59,864 bases of DNA, filler included, from Porpidia crustulata (GCA_964255105.1; 2 parts of 2 records of this genome joined end to end with filler, not necessarily neighbours in it); one strand, 5' to 3'. Shown: positions 44,352 to 58,900, counted from the first letter of the whole stretch. Numbers and translations: made by a program. Notes: generated by a model not told the origin, from the letters alone.

Positions 44352-46122
44352 ATGTCTACTACTATTGACCTCCGACAGCGCATCTTCGAACTCAAAGTGG
44401 AGGTGTTCGCTGATAAAGAGCTACTCCAGGTCAGCGTCTCAGCTCTGTTGTTTCTACGTTTCTGCGCGTTCAATTACTGACGACTAGCTGTCTAGGACGT
44501 GTTACGTGAGAATGACAATCTGAGAAGGGACTTTGATGCCGTAAATGCCACGGCCGTCGAGTCAATTGATTGCGATTTCCAACGACAACAAGCCACCCGA
44601 CAATTTGAAACACCAGATGAGGTCGAGAATGACAATAAAGAGCGATGGCAGGCTCGTGCGGAAGCTGCCGAACAAGTTATCAAAGAGACACAAGATTCGA
44701 TGGTCAGTAGATACCTGTTGCCAACCTTAGAATACCTGCAGCTGATCCATCGGTGCTCGCAGAAGATAAACAATTTCGTACTTGTTCTCATTGACGGTAA
44801 CGCACATACTGTAAGCTTACTGAGCCAGTCTCTGCTCAACGCAATTTACTATCACTTACTGGTTTACTAGTTTCCCGAGGAACTACTGGCCAAAGGTGCA
44901 TATGGCGGAGCAGAAGCGGCCGACTTCCTATTGAATCAGGTACATAACTGTATACATCGTCGGAGCAAGAAAAATGATTGGAAGATTGTGGCTCGTGTTT
45001 ATGTACATGCGGAAGAGCTTCTACGTCGATCTCAGACTCGATCTAGACCACTCATGGATTGGGAGCTTACGGAGTTCGCTAAGGGTTTCAGCCAACAAGA
45101 ACCTTTGTTTGACTTCATAGACGCTGGTAGTGAAGTATCTGTGGTTATGAAACTTGAGGGTAGGTGGATTTCCGCTCAAATCTATGAGTGCTATTAACAG
45201 TCGGTATTGACAATTTAACACAGAGTCCTTCAAGTTATTCATCAACAACAATCAGTGCCAGCATATATTTTATGGCTGTCGGCATGCTTCGGACTCTCTT
45301 AAACTACTTGAACCTTACCGGGGAAACATCTTGGATGCTTCAAGGATCTCTTTGATTGGGCCGGTCGAGCCAGGCTTCCAGTCTGGCTTTGAAGCTATCT
45401 CGTTGATTATATCAACCAGTTCTGAGATTCTGGCCGATCAAATAATCCCCGAAAGCAGCGACGAGTCTTCATACTCAAAATATGTAGAATTAGCCCATCC
45501 AAGACAATCCTTTGAGCGCCAACAGCCCGACACTCCTCCAAGCAATGCAAGCTCACTTGGCAAGCCCAGTCATAGCACAAGCTTTCCAATTTATCGCTTC
45601 TCCGACAGAAGAACTCCAGTTGCTAATAGTGCGAATAGCCACATCTCAAAGCACGTCATCGTAGACGATTTGCGATTGCTAGCTCGTTCATCTCCTGGGA
45701 GAAATGACTACGAACCATGCCAAATTACAAAGGTCTGGAGCCCGAATCAGAGGGTTATTCTCCTCAATGCCAATGACGAACGAGTTGATGCAGATCTAGG
45801 GCCCATCGACCCTGAGGCGCAGAGAAGACTATCTAAACAAGCTTATCGACAAAAGCTGTGTAACAATTTCGTGATTCTGGGAGATTGTAGTCGGAACGGA
45901 TGTCCGTATCTACATGATGCAACATTAGATCAGGAAGAAATGAAAGCTCTGGTATACCACGCGAGACTCTTGCCATGCATCCGAGGCTCAGAGTGTCGTC
46001 TTGAAGGCTGCTGGTATGGGCATACGTGTCCGATAAAATGTGATGGAGGTCCAAGGTGTATGGAAAAGGTTCATCACGTGGACCGGTCCGCTGTTAAGAT
46101 CTACAATGCACAATGGTGGTGA
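44352..46122 (+). CDS. Fungal CCCH zinc-finger protein with N-terminal coiled coil and NYN/PIN-like middle domain
   Basis: FVLVLIDGN, FAKGFSQQEPLFDFIDAG, CQHIFYGC, ILLNANDERVD, LCNNFVILGDCSRNGCPYLH, PCIRGSECRLEGCWYGHTCP. Confidence 0.82.
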
Positions 46123-47427
46123 CGCTTCGCAGAAGGTTGATATTGCGAGGCAACATAGGCACAGGGGAAGGACAACGTATCGATGACGAGACAATGATCT
46201 AATAGCAACGAGTAAACAGATATCCTCGGGATGGTAACGAGGTGGTCAGATGTTTGAATTTATGCTTTGGTTGCACCAAAACTGCTATGCTACAACTTCT
46301 TCGATAGTAAGAGCCTGATCAATAGCTAAGTAGTGGTATCTTCCCTTATACAGAACCATCATCACATTGGTGCCAATTCTCCAGTGGTTATAGGGATGTT
46401 ATGCAATTGAATTATCGTTTGCTAGGGCTTCATAAAAAGATTCTTTCGGAATACCTAAGCCATTCTGAATTACACTCTCTAAATCACCTCTAGGTCTTGT
46501 TGATATCTTTAGGACTAGCAAGATAGACCGCGTGGAACCTAGAGGAGCTACGGAACAACAACTCATCTGGGTACTGGAGCACCAACGCGGATCCACGCTG
46601 ACTCCTGATAGCGTTCGTGGTAGGAATGTCCCGAATTCATAGCATATCCCCATGTTCTAGTGCATGGTGAGCCAATAGGAAAATGAATACCGTTGTGCAG
46701 GCTCGGTCATTGGAAAAGAAATTAACAGCTATTTTCTGTATTGTTGATATGGAGTACCTAACTTGACGATGGAATAACTATAGGATCATACGCCCAGCCG
46801 TGCTGAAGGTTGATTAATAGATCAACTGTCTACAGTGAATCGCCATTCTCTGCAACAAAGGGGGCAGGATCTTTCTGGGCCCAGCGTCTAGGAATAAAGA
46901 TTCTGTTACCTTTTGTTTAACTATTAGAATACATCGTGCAGGCAGATCAATACAATAAGAAGGGCATGAGTGGTTGGGCTAATAGCCCATACATCTAGTG
47001 TAGAAGGCCTTAGAGCGCTGAGATTCTACGTATCCAAGATCGTCATGGAAGTGCACAGATCGGTCGTAGGATATTTAGGATACCGCCATGGTGATATAGC
47101 ATCAAATCGTGGTCGTCTAGGATCTTATCATGTCTTGCAGTATCTTGCGAGCAGGTTTCGACGTCTAGATTGAGTGAGCTTGGAACGGACATTAGGTGAT
47201 TAAGTAGTGACAGTTGACTACTTGGTGGCTGGCGATTTTATCGCGATTCTGGGAAGGGGCAGCCTGGAGCGTATTGCACATATACATCATCTCGCCGCTG
47301 ATCAAACTTGAGATTCAGAACCCGTTCCATACATGACCTCTCAAGCAACTTGACACCGTAGAGAACCTCACATAACAACCACAATCTGACACCATTCTAT
47401 TCCTCTATCTCACAACGCCTACCAATT

Positions 47428-48054
47428 TCAAATACACGTCCTCCAAAGATGAAACGTCCCAGCCTCCTCTGAACTCTCAAAAATCCGCCTCACAGTCCCA
47501 CAGCCACCACAAACCCCCAACCCAAACAACGTCAGCGCCGCAGCCATCCAAGTACCGCCAGCTCGCCCCGCGGCAGCCGATTTAGTGTAACCGCTGTGGC
47601 CGCAACTCATACATCCTGCGCCTGCACCTCTCCCCCCATTCGAGCCTGGATATCCCATACCGCCTCCGCCGCTCTTTTTATTGTATCCTCCACCTCCGCC
47701 ACTCTTTGTACCACCGGAGGAACCTCCACCGTATCCTCCTCCTCCGCTACTTCCTCCAACGCTACCTCCGCTCTTCGTACCGCTGGAGGAACCCCCACTA
47801 TAACCTCCTCCGCTCCCACTGCGTCCTCCGCCGCTTACGCTGCTGGAACCACCGCCACCGCCACGTTTGATTTCAGGACCATGGAAGAAGAACTCTGTTG
47901 AGACCTGGCCGGATTTGATGGATGGAAACGTTTCATTGGCGAAGACGTCCGGTGCCCACATTTCGGAGGGTACGGGGGATCTTGGGATCGTTAAGGCGGT
48001 GGTGAGGGCTGAGAAGGTGAGGATGAGGAGCCTAAGTATTTTGGGGGTTCTCAT
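47428..48054 (-). CDS. Secreted glycine/serine-rich protein, possibly GPI-anchored or in the cell wall
   Basis: Signal peptide MRTPKILRLLILTFSALTTA, KR dibasic site, GGGY/GGSSxGTKSGG repeats, hydrophobic C-terminal segment. Confidence 0.7.
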   Translation of the reverse strand: MRTPKILRLLILTFSALTTALTIPRSPVPSEMWAPDVFANETFPSIKSGQVSTEFFFHGPEIKRGGGGGSSSVSGGGRSGSGGGYSGGSSSGTKSGGSVGGSSGGGGYGGGSSGGTKSGGGGGYNKKSGGGGMGYPGSNGGRGAGAGCMSCGHSGYTKSAAAGRAGGTWMAAALTLFGLGVCGGCGTVRRIFESSEEAGTFHLWRTCI

Positions 48055-49845
48055 GTTGAAGAATGGTGTTGTGTGTAGGTTTGGTTGGGTGGTACGAAGG
48101 AGGTTTGGGGCTCTTGATGCCGAGAATATTTGACGAGGATGAATGAAAGTCTTGGAGTTTGTAGAAGTACGAATGGAAGTAAAGGCAAGAAATCGGTAAG
48201 AAAATGGAACAATGGTTCTTCCTAAATGTGATCCAAGATATCTACCCTTCGAGCGAGCATTTACCTTGCACTTTTTAATTCTTGATCGAGCTCCGCCACT
48301 TCTTGTGCCCTCCATTGTTCCCCATAATCATATCCCTGTTGCTGAATTCTGCTCTTTCGTCTCTCTGTAAACATGGACCAACTCAGTTTTCCACGGTACG
48401 GTGTGGCCGGTGCGGGATTGAGCAAATTATTCATCCACGCACGCACAAATCGCCGGGATTTGTGGAAGTTGCGAATACAATGCAATGTAGGCGGAGCTGA
48501 TAAAGCTGGAGAGGGAATTGTGAGGCATCATATCATCCTGGAAAAAAGTGAGCGCGATTTGGGTAAAGTTGGGTTGAAGCAAAATACCGAACGCGGTTAA
48601 TGCGCAACGGATGGTGCACTCGTAATCACATGCTTCCAGGAAACACGCAATCTAAGACTATGGCAGCTTACATCCCTCAGACAAAAGGCGAAAACAATAC
48701 TCCGGTATTGGAAAAATGGCCATTATGTCTTTTCAGAGTCGCTCTCTCGCTGGCCTGGCTTGATCTAAGATTGCCATATTTTCTAGGTGCATCAAATGCT
48801 GAATTGGCCAATTTTGAGCGATACCAAAAAGTAACGAGGATTGAATCTGCACCGTGAGCGGGGAATGTTTATGGGATCTTGATGGAGCTTGATTACAAGG
48901 GGGCTTGAGAGGATACTCCCGAAGTGTAAATATATTGGATACCAGTCCCTCATATAGTGCTGGCGTGCGGCGAAGCGCTGGTTGTCGTGGAAGTAGCCGC
49001 CATAGTGAGCGGGCTACAAGTTTAAGAGTAGCTAATCCGGCAAATCCAAAACATGAAGGGCCGTTACACGATCAACGGGACACATACTATAATCACTGAA
49101 GAGTGAGAGATGAGACGTCCGGTTCTCCGCCCACACACGCCACAATCAAAGTCTTATTTCAAGTGGCATCGCCAGGTACTCGAACGATGCTACAAGGCAC
49201 GCACTTGGCTGTCGACGCTCGTTCAGGAAATGACAAAATTACGAAATCGAAAGTTCGAGTTCTCTTAAATTACAAAAGCATTATAGAGCAAATGAGAAGG
49301 TCGAGGATAACGGATTGAAAGTTCTCTTGGATTGGTGTCCGCTAGGTCTGTCGCGGATGCACCGGAAGCGTAGGAACAGGACGACAAGAGCGCTCAGTGT
49401 GTAAGGGTCGGTAGCATCCAGTGCAGGATGACGGAGAAGGGTCCCGGGCGAGATTACAATTGAATAGGTGAGATAGACGGGTCTCATTCATGTTGGGTAC
49501 AAAAGTGTAAGGTTTCCTTCAACGGACTGTTGCTTGGACGACGTTCGCGGTGTGTGAGGGTCAAAAGCGCAAGAAGATATATGGTCAGCTGATCTTCGTG
49601 GTAATCTCCGAATCGGAGGAACCTCACTTCCGACCTTATAAATAGTGTAAGTAGGTCTAGGGGCCTACAGGGGATATTCATAGAAAGCACGCACACAGGC
49701 AACAGTGTTTCCGTTAACGCCAATTCAGATTAAATGAATTTGTAATACAGTCCCGGATCTGCGATGGATCCGTTCCGGTTGAAAATGTATATATACGGAA
49801 GCAGTCGTGGTGTCGATGTTCCCACGTACAATCATTCGGCTTACC

Positions 49846-50873
49846 ATGTCTCTGCCTGATGTCCCAGATAAATTCCTCGAACTATCTGGTATTTCTACTT
49901 CGATCTCATAGTTGCCAACTCAGACTAATCCATAAACTAGGTCACTATTTTGCAGAACCTCTGCATAAAGACACATACCCGGCCATCGACTCGGGAAAGG
50001 CCGACCTGACAGGCAAAAGTGTCTTCATCTCCGGTGGATCCAAAGGGATTGGTAAAGCAACCACTTTGTCCTTTGCAAAGGCCGGCGCATCCTTCATCGC
50101 TGTCGGGGCTCGCTCCAATCTCCAGCCTCTCGAAAAAGCCGTCCATGACGCTGCAGTGTCGGCCGGGAAGAAACCCCCGCAGTTCCTGCCCATCAGTCTT
50201 GATGTCACCAGTAAGGAAAGTGTAGAAGATGCAGCTGCCGAAGTAAAAAGAGCCTTTGGTAAGCTCGACATTCTCATCAACAATGCCGGTGTGGTGGAGG
50301 CACCAGTCCCCATCGCCGATGGCGACCCTGACATCTGGTGGAACACTTGGATCATCAACCTTCGCGGACCATATCTTGTGACTCGCGCCTTTTTACCTCT
50401 TCTCCTAAAGGGAGAATACAAGACGATTGTCATCACGAATAGCGTTGGAGCGTTTGGGACCTTGCCGGGCCTCAGTGCCTATCAATCGGGAAAGCTGGCG
50501 CTACTGAGATTCGCAGACTTCGTCAACAGGGAATACGGGGATAAAGGAATCTTAATATATTCCATACATCCTGGATCCGTCTTGACTGAGATCTTTGATA
50601 CTATGGGAGGACTTCCCGAGAACATGAGAGATCGTAAGACTCGGATCGGCCAGGACAGCTGCTCCTTTGTCAGAGTAGCTTTGTGCTGACTACCAACTAG
50701 AATTCCAAGACACGACGGAGCTTCCGGCCGATACGATGGTATTTCTGACGAGCGAGAGGCGAGACTGGCTTTCTGGAAGGTACATTTCTTGTACATGGGA
50801 CATGCCGGAACTGATGAAGAAGAAAGACGAAATTGTTAGAGAGGACAAGTTGAAGATTCGTCTGGTGTTGTGA
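49846..50873 (+). CDS. Short-chain dehydrogenase/reductase, 3 exons
   Basis: VFISGGSKGIG, LDILINNAG, YQSGK, IHPGSVLT, RDWLSGRYISCTWD. Confidence 0.93.
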
Positions 50874-51732
50874 TTTGAGACGATAGCAGCGGTGTCGTGA
50901 TGCATTATAAATGAATCAGTGCTATTTATCATGTAGATGGGGTCCGAAATGAATGATACGAAGTTGCCAAGTCTAATTAAAAATGCAAGTTCAGAGCTTG
51001 ATGCACGTCGGATTCTCACGGCTCGAATCTGCCTTGTAAATGCGATGGCAGTGTCTAAGGAACATCGCTCATGTCTACGTTAATCTAATCTGTAATATCC
51101 AGATACCATTTTTGAGTGACATTTCCAGATGAATTCCCATAAGCGTAAGTATCCAGCTTACGGACTGCAGACCACTGATCACGATGCGTGCATGCCTACA
51201 CCATACAACGGTAACACGTACCTACAGTTCAACTTAATGTCACTGACCACGAGCAACATGGCTTCTTCCGTGATTGCCGACTCACGAGAATCAACTCTCA
51301 TGGCCATAGCTCAGCTTAAGATAAAGTTTCTTGTCGAAAGTCCATACGCGCGCGGGGAGCCAAGCGAGGCCCAGAGGATAACCCAAGGGCACTGGTTGAT
51401 AGCAAATAGGTTTACCGCCGCCACAATCATAGTCCCGAACAAGGGAAGTTACCAAAGAGTATGTTGAACTGATCGCTCCTTCTTCTATCGATTTTTGGTT
51501 CATTCTCTATGTTGTCGATCACGGCCGTAGCTGGCTCTTCTATACTCTAGCTGAACTGTTGTGTAAGTAACATAGCGTAAGAATATTGGACCGATGGCAT
51601 ACGTACAAAGAGCCCCGCCGATAAGGGAGCAATTCCGTGACCGAATCAGTGACAAGATCATGACAGCCGCGGTTCCTTGATTATGTCCAAGCGGTAGTCG
51701 AGATGTCCCTTGTCATTGGACTTGAGGTTTCT

Positions 51733-52562
51733 TTAAGTTTCAGTACCCTCAGTGAAGGTTGTCCATGAGACCCCAAGCAGTATTTTAATAGCTCCTCCAA
51801 GCCAGAGAACAATCTGAAATCCATTCTTGAGCCTAGATAGCCATCCACCACAGATACCACCGAGGAGGACCATAACAACAGCCACGACCCTTCTGGTTCT
51901 TTTTGGATTGCTCCAGGCCCACAATTTCGTATCACTCGCAAAATCATTGTATACGCTCGTGAGCACCGTCGTGGGGATCTCGTTGAAGCCAAGTGCCCTA
52001 CTTGTTGCTACCTGAGCGCCGAATTGGGTTGCCAGAAATGGGATTGCGATAAGGATGAGAAGACTATTTGGATTGCTCTCTGGGATAGAGTCTGTTGTGA
52101 CTAGGATAGCAGAAACAAAAACGAAAAGTCCTTGTAGTAAGAATGATCCCGAGAGGCTTCCTCGGCGTAATGCGCCACATGTGCGATAGTATCGCCCGGC
52201 GAAAAAGGAGCCAGTCATGAAGGAGACTATGGCAATGAGGCAGCGCAGCCACTGGAGGCGATTGCTCCCCACGGGCAGGTGAGCAGCTCCGAGTGCGAGA
52301 AAGATCGTATTGCCTTGAAAAACAGGTCAGTCTTGGCGTCTCAAATCAAGTGGGCCTACTGACCAGTCTGCATGCCCATGAAGATGCCCCAGGCATTGAA
52401 AGCACCAGCATCGATTAGGCCTGTCACAAAGCAACAGACCAGCAGAGGTAGGTCGGCATGCTTGAGGCTTATCGGCGCCAGCAGGTAATCCCGCATTCGC
52501 CCCATGGTAGGTGCCTGTTGGCCACCGAGGAGTGGAGTTGCGTCATCAGCGGTGCCATACAT
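51733..52562 (-). CDS. DUF1275 (YoaK-like) multi-pass membrane protein
   Basis: CCFVTGLIDA, FMGMQTG-NTIFLALG across an intron, EIPTTVLTSVY, NPKRTRR. Confidence 0.88.
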
Positions 52563-53256
52563 TGGTACTGGCTTTCTCGCGACAGTAAGGTTCTACGAAT
52601 CGAAGATTTGCGCAGAGCGCCAAACCCCTGTATTTAGGCCGTCTCGGTACGCGCGGCAGCCTAGAGCCACGAATAGTTCGGATGGCTTCCCCGGAAGTTC
52701 TATCCCGGCACGCCCGGATTTCATGAAATTCCCAATTACTACTGCCATGCGAGTCTACTTGGAGGTTGAAAGTTATAATCAACAAGCGAAAACGCTATAT
52801 TGCATCGATGTCCATACGCTTTTTGACTTGACCTACACTTACATTCGAACGACGGTAAGCAATCCAGGATTTCATATACATCAAACGTCGTTGCAGCAGG
52901 GCGGCTTATACGCGCTCGCCTCAAAAAGACAACGATTGGGACCAATCGTCAAAAATCGAACATTGCAGTGCCTCGGGAATGTTCAGGCCTCGACAGCCAG
53001 TAGTTGATGCCCTTGCCCCATTCCTGGGTGGCACGCGACCAGAAAAAAATCCATACCGCAAAACTCGATCCTCATCAATGTGGATCTGATTTGATAGTTA
53101 TTTCAAGAGGGTTTTTCGGCGAGTCTACGTAGTCTGATAGTGTGTCATTCTTACGTCGATCTTTGCGTTCATTATCACTTGACTTTGTAGGTAGTGTTTA
53201 GAAAGTCAAGTGATAATGAACGCAAAGACAATCCCGAAGACTTGCTGAGGAACTCT

Positions 53257-55573
53257 ATGGATCCTCTCTCTGCAACTGCTAGTGCAATCGCAATTATTGG
53301 ACTTCTCGGCCAGTCCTGCCAATTTGTCTCGAGATTTCTGGGCGGAATTTCTGATGCGTCGGCAAGCATCAGAGCTCGCCATACCACTCTCCAGGCTTTG
53401 TCTGCGAGTCTTCGAAAAATACAAGCGCTGTATGCCGAAAATTCCCAAATCACAGAACCAGCGCCAGAGTTTGCCGCACAGGTTGCAGATTGTATGACCG
53501 ACTTTGTGACTATCGAGGCCAAACTTCGAAAAGCCATAGAAGGCTTGAACAAAGGGAGATGTACAAGAAGATTGGCAAAACTGAAATGGTCAATCTCATC
53601 AGAAGATTGGCTAAAAAGGTTCTTGACCCGTGTTCAACGTTACCATGCTGTCATGTCTCTGGAGCTTATGACTCTGCAAATGTCTTTACCCATCCGTCCC
53701 AGCTTCCTGCCTCGTGAGACTGACAGAGACCTAGTAAAACAAATCTGGTCAATACCAAATCTCTCTCATATTCTAGAGCCATCCAAGCCGAGTGCGATTG
53801 GAAATTACTGGATGCATCCACCCAGCAAGATATTTTGCCGTCGGAGATAGTCTATCTACTTCCTCGTAAAGTTCCGTCTAATGGGACGATTCACAGGAGT
53901 GAAGTTGAACGAGGCCAAATTGTGAAGCTGGCCCATCAAAATTCACCTGCGCATGATACGACATATCCAGCCCAAATCCAACCAGGATCAACTGCGTTTG
54001 CTTCGCGGCACTCGCAACCCATGTCTTCCAAATCTAGTAGCTTAACGACTTTCCTAGAAAATTACAACGAACCTATCTCGATCAAAAGTCATGATACTCA
54101 CCTTCTGCAAATTAGTAGTGTCTCTCTGGCACTGCAGTCTGGTCCTTTAATAGTGAAAAGATTCTCGTATGAGCATGGGGAAATCTACGAAGTATCCTCC
54201 AGTAATCAATATGGATTTGGCCTGGCTGTACAACTACCATGGTACTACTTTGGACGAATGATGCTAAATATCTTTATCGTGAGACAGTCTCATCAGCGTC
54301 TGGACTTTTCGCTTCGCTGCGATTTCTCCTTCCCAAGTGTAGTACCTCATTCTGCAGCTATAATGAAGTTGGCCTATACTGGAGATATACCTGGCATGGA
54401 AACCCTGTTCAAAACTGGAAAGGCTTCACCCAATGATGTGACTTCCGATGGCACAAGTCTATTACATGTACGTTTACCTTTTGGAGAGGGTTGCAGCTAT
54501 TCACGTAACAAATTATAGATGGCTTCGCGAACCAACAGCTCGGAATTTGTCGATTATCTCCTGAAGAAAGGTGTGAAAGCTGATGTAACTGATGATAATG
54601 GCGAGTGAGTTTTTCTCAACTTAAATGATGAATGCGAACCCTCCTAATGTTTTAGGACTCCTCTCCATTTTGCTATAGCACACTCTAGCGACTACAACGT
54701 CTCTAGATTGCTCATCGAACGGGGCGCCAATATTGATAATCCAAACAGATTCTGGTGCACGCCTCTCCATACATTCTTTAACGATGCCGTCAGAAGGGTG
54801 ATCTTGTGTCACGGTAATGCTACGAAGATCGATCAGAAAAACAAGAGAGGTCGAACGGCACTACACTATATTGCCTGGTCAAGCAAGTCTACTATTAGTG
54901 ACCTGGATGGTCTGGTGTTTGACCGCTCTTGCCTGACCGCCCAAGATTGTAATGGTGCCTCGCCCCTGCATTTCGCCGCTCGACGGGCAAATACAGAGCT
55001 CACAGCCTACTTTTTAAGTATCATACCCTCAGATTTAAAGGATCAAGCCGATCGAACGGCAAGACTGCCTTTCATTACGCTGTAGAGAGTAAAAGAGCAG
55101 AAATCCTTGATGTGTTGAGGAACAATGGTATGGACGTCCACAAGAAAGATGATCTGCACCGAACCGTACTTCATCATGCCGCACTTCATGACAACATTGA
55201 GGCCGTCAACCGAACAATCACTATCTGCGGGAAGCAGGAACTCGAATCTAAAGATATTGATGGGAGAACCCCAATCCAATTAGCCCATCAGCATGGGGCT
55301 TATGCTGTTGTTAACTATCTGCGGTCTACATACAGTCTCTCGCTTGATGCAGCAGATATGGGGAACAACACAGTGTCTCGCAGGCGTTCAATCTCGAAAA
55401 CCCACCCGGTTCGCCCACAAACGGACTGGACGGTACTTTCAAATAAGATGTATATATTGCTAGTCGTCGTTGCGATACCGATCTCCCTCATGCTATATTT
55501 TCTTTCAAGCACCTTAGCGTATTCAGGCATCGGACCTCTTACCTCTCCTTTGTCCACTAGTTTCAACATTTAA
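53257..55573 (+). CDS. HeLo-like (fungal STAND N-terminal) domain plus ankyrin repeats plus C-terminal TM helix; apparent frameshift at ~55054
   Basis: MDPLSATASAIAII N-terminus. Ankyrin motifs DGTSLLH, TPLHFA, GRTALHY, GASPLHFAA, RTVLHHAA, GRTPIQLA. The frame changes between DQADR and NGKTAFHYAV with no intron signal. Confidence 0.8.
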
Positions 55574-55998
55574 ACAATTGGATTTGGATATGACATTGAC
55601 TAGTCTACTGACTTACGAACTCCCAAAAACACAATGCGGCTTCGAATCCTATCCATCAGTGTATCTTATTTTATCTATGGCCTTTGGAGATGGACTATCA
55701 TTTCAATGCTTCACACTACAAACGCATAAAGCGCTCTGTACACTCGCCGTCAGTCAGTTGAATGGCTTTCTGAACAACGGACTCTTTCAATTTTATCTCT
55801 GGATCTATTTCTGGATCTATTCATTAAAGTTCAGATAAGGGGAAAGATTCTTAACCAATACACTTTGCGGAAGGGTTCATCTGAGCAGTACTTTATCATG
55901 AAGTAAGAAGTAATTAGTTTTCTTACTCAAAAACAATAACCCTAACTGTAGCAATATTGTCATGCGCCAACGACCAACTAAGACTCTGTTCACGCAGC

Positions 55999-58900
55999 CT
56001 ACCGATACGTACACTTCCCTGCATCAAGCTTGCCACCAGCCGCAAACGTGGCTTCACCCAAAATCTCAAACACAGCAACCTCAGCACTCACATTCCTCGC
56101 GAACCATTTACGTAACTCGACCGCTACCAGCGAGTCCACCCCATACTGATGCATGGGCTTATCAACATCCACATTCTTCTTCTCGATCAAGATGGACTTG
56201 GCCAGCTTCGCCATCAGCGTCTCCGTCACAATGGCCGCCGCGTTGGCCAGCGACTCCGCTGCCATATATACGGCCACGAAGTCGACGCCCTGCTCCGATA
56301 CAGTGGCGGTGGAGTCGGTGTCCTCGATTTGGGAGAAGTGGCTGAAGCGCCGTTGGTGCATGTAGTCCGGGTGCTTGAGACCCCGGGCGCGGGAATTGCT
56401 CGGCGTCTCGATATCGAGGATGATCTGGCACGTTGCCGACGATGGATCGAGGTGCGGGTCGCAGAAATAATCTAGTAAGGCGTGCAGTTCGTTTGAACAG
56501 ATGGGGATGAGGCTGCCGGATGCTCTCATTTTGGTCATGAGTGCGGCGTTTCTCTGTAGGATAACTTTGTCCTCCATAATGCCGAGGTCAAGGCTGGTTG
56601 CGCGCTCGCCATTGCGGATGCGGTAACGGGCGAGGGCGTCCTGGTACGTGTTGCCGGCGGCGTAGTTGGCCTGGCATTCTTTGCCAATGATACCGTAGAT
56701 TGAAAAGAGGAGGATGAAGAAGTCGAGACCTTTTGGGAGGAGGTGTGGAGGTTCCAAGGTCCGGAGACCTTGTGCTGGATTCCAATGGTCCAGTTTTCGA
56801 AGGACATGTTATTAAAGAGGGCGTCCTGTATGGTGGTTAGCAATCTTGCAGTTGAATACGGATTTAATTGTACCTTCAACACTACTTTGGCTTGGATACA
56901 TCCTTTGATACGCGGCATCGCTCCCGTACGTTGCTCAAGTATAGCCTCTAGGGATGATGCGTTAGACACATCGCTAGCCGGTGTTTCCACATGGACACCC
57001 ATGTTCCTCAATTCTGCTACTAGTTGAATAGCATCCTTGGTCCGAGGACCGGTACGGGATAGAAGGACGAGATTTCTTGCCCCTTGAGCCACAATACAGC
57101 GAGCAATGCTCCTACCCAGACCTCCTAGGCCACCAGCGATCAGATAAATTGCTGCGATATCGAAATGAAAGGAGAAATTTGTATTCATCGTTATCTAGTG
57201 CATTGACAATCACTGTTGATTCAGCATCATCTCTATAGTTGACGTACCAGAATGGGGCCATGGTCCCCCATGGTCACCACCGATTTACCTGAACTCTTGC
57301 CGCTTTGTATATGTCGAAATGCTTTTATTTTCCCAAGGGATCCCTGATTTGGGTTTTCTTCTCATCAGAACCTACTGTGAAGATATCTGTAGATTTGAAT
57401 TGCAGCCCGGTCAGTCCCGCCAGTGGCAGAGTGGATCAAGATTGACTCTCCGCGCTGAACATGTGCGATTTCTTGCAATGCGTGATAAGCGGTACAAAAA
57501 TTTGTTGACAACGCAGCTGCCTTGTAGCAAAGTCGTCGTTCTTGGGACCGAGCGTCAAAGCCTGTCTCGATTCCCGCTACGAGAGCATACTCTAGATCTT
57601 CGACTAAAACACGAATAGCATCGCCACTCTTGTCAAGTGTAGTGATGAAAACCTGCTTCCGACGACCTCCCGACGGCAACAGCTTTGCATGTGCCTTAAG
57701 CGCATCAGCTAGTGGGTGGCTAAGGCCTTTACCTGAAATCCATAGCCTGTGTAAGCTTGTGGAAACCATCGTAGGCACACTGTCAATGCCCCCCTTAGAC
57801 AGATAGTGAGCGGTAATTGAGATATACCATCAAGAGAAGAAGGATGTATTGTGTGGGGTTGATTTCCGTTTGTGTTTTTATCATTGGAACATTTAAAGAG
57901 GCTCAACAGCGCAGTAGCCTCGCTACTGTCACTGCAACAATCGTTAAAAAGCAGCGCCGTAGCAAAGGGCGTAGTCTTCCATGCGCTGATACATTTGCTC
58001 TGAGTCTAGTGACTTAGAACAAGCCGCTTGACCGATACTGAATTCAGTATTGTAATGTCGGAGTGTTTCTTGCGCTTCTTTCATTGCATTCGCTTCTGTA
58101 TCCTCGCATTCCACTTATATATATCCATGGCAATTTCCAATAGAATCACTGGTTAGATACCTGAATAGTCGAGACTCAGACCAAGGTATCCCTTTGTTAG
58201 AGGGACGCTGCACAGAGTGAAAATATAATTAGGTCTCAATTCCTTCCTCCGATAGTGGTATGATAGGCGAGTTCTAAAAGACGATCTCTTTGATATTTAA
58301 TCCAGCGACGAACCGGCTCTCTTCACTCACTTGCTCTGCAGCTTCAATTGCCATTGTGACCATCGCGGCAGCAGGAAATAAGACGGAGCCATTGACCTAT
58401 ACCGGATTAGCGTTTTGAAAAATGCTAGAGGAAGCCGCCTACCTGATCATCTTCAATCCAAAATAGTTCCGATATATGCGTTCCATTCTGCATTGGGGGT
58501 TCCAAGCAAGTTGAGGCGAGAAGCCTTACGCGTAGTGTGGCAGTACACCTGTGAATGATCAGGAGGATATTCTGGAAGATCTGTCAGAGTAAGTAGAACT
58601 TCTAGCTTCTTTGCCAGAGACCGATTCACTTGTGCAATATTCACAAAATAGCCTGAAAAATGCAAGCGACCAATAGCCTCCAATATAGAGAGTGACGCAG
58701 ATCGATTACGGATTGGTATAGAGTCATAAGTAACTTTTCTCTTTTGTTTCAAACTCCCTAATATATCTCTAACCGGTCTTCTCAAAGCGGTATGAGGACC
58801 AATTTCTAAAAGAGAATCAATTAGAGCTGAGTCTCTGCTAACGCTAGGCTTGGAGATTATTTTAGCTAGAGCTTCTGAGAAGCGCACAGGTGAGATCATG

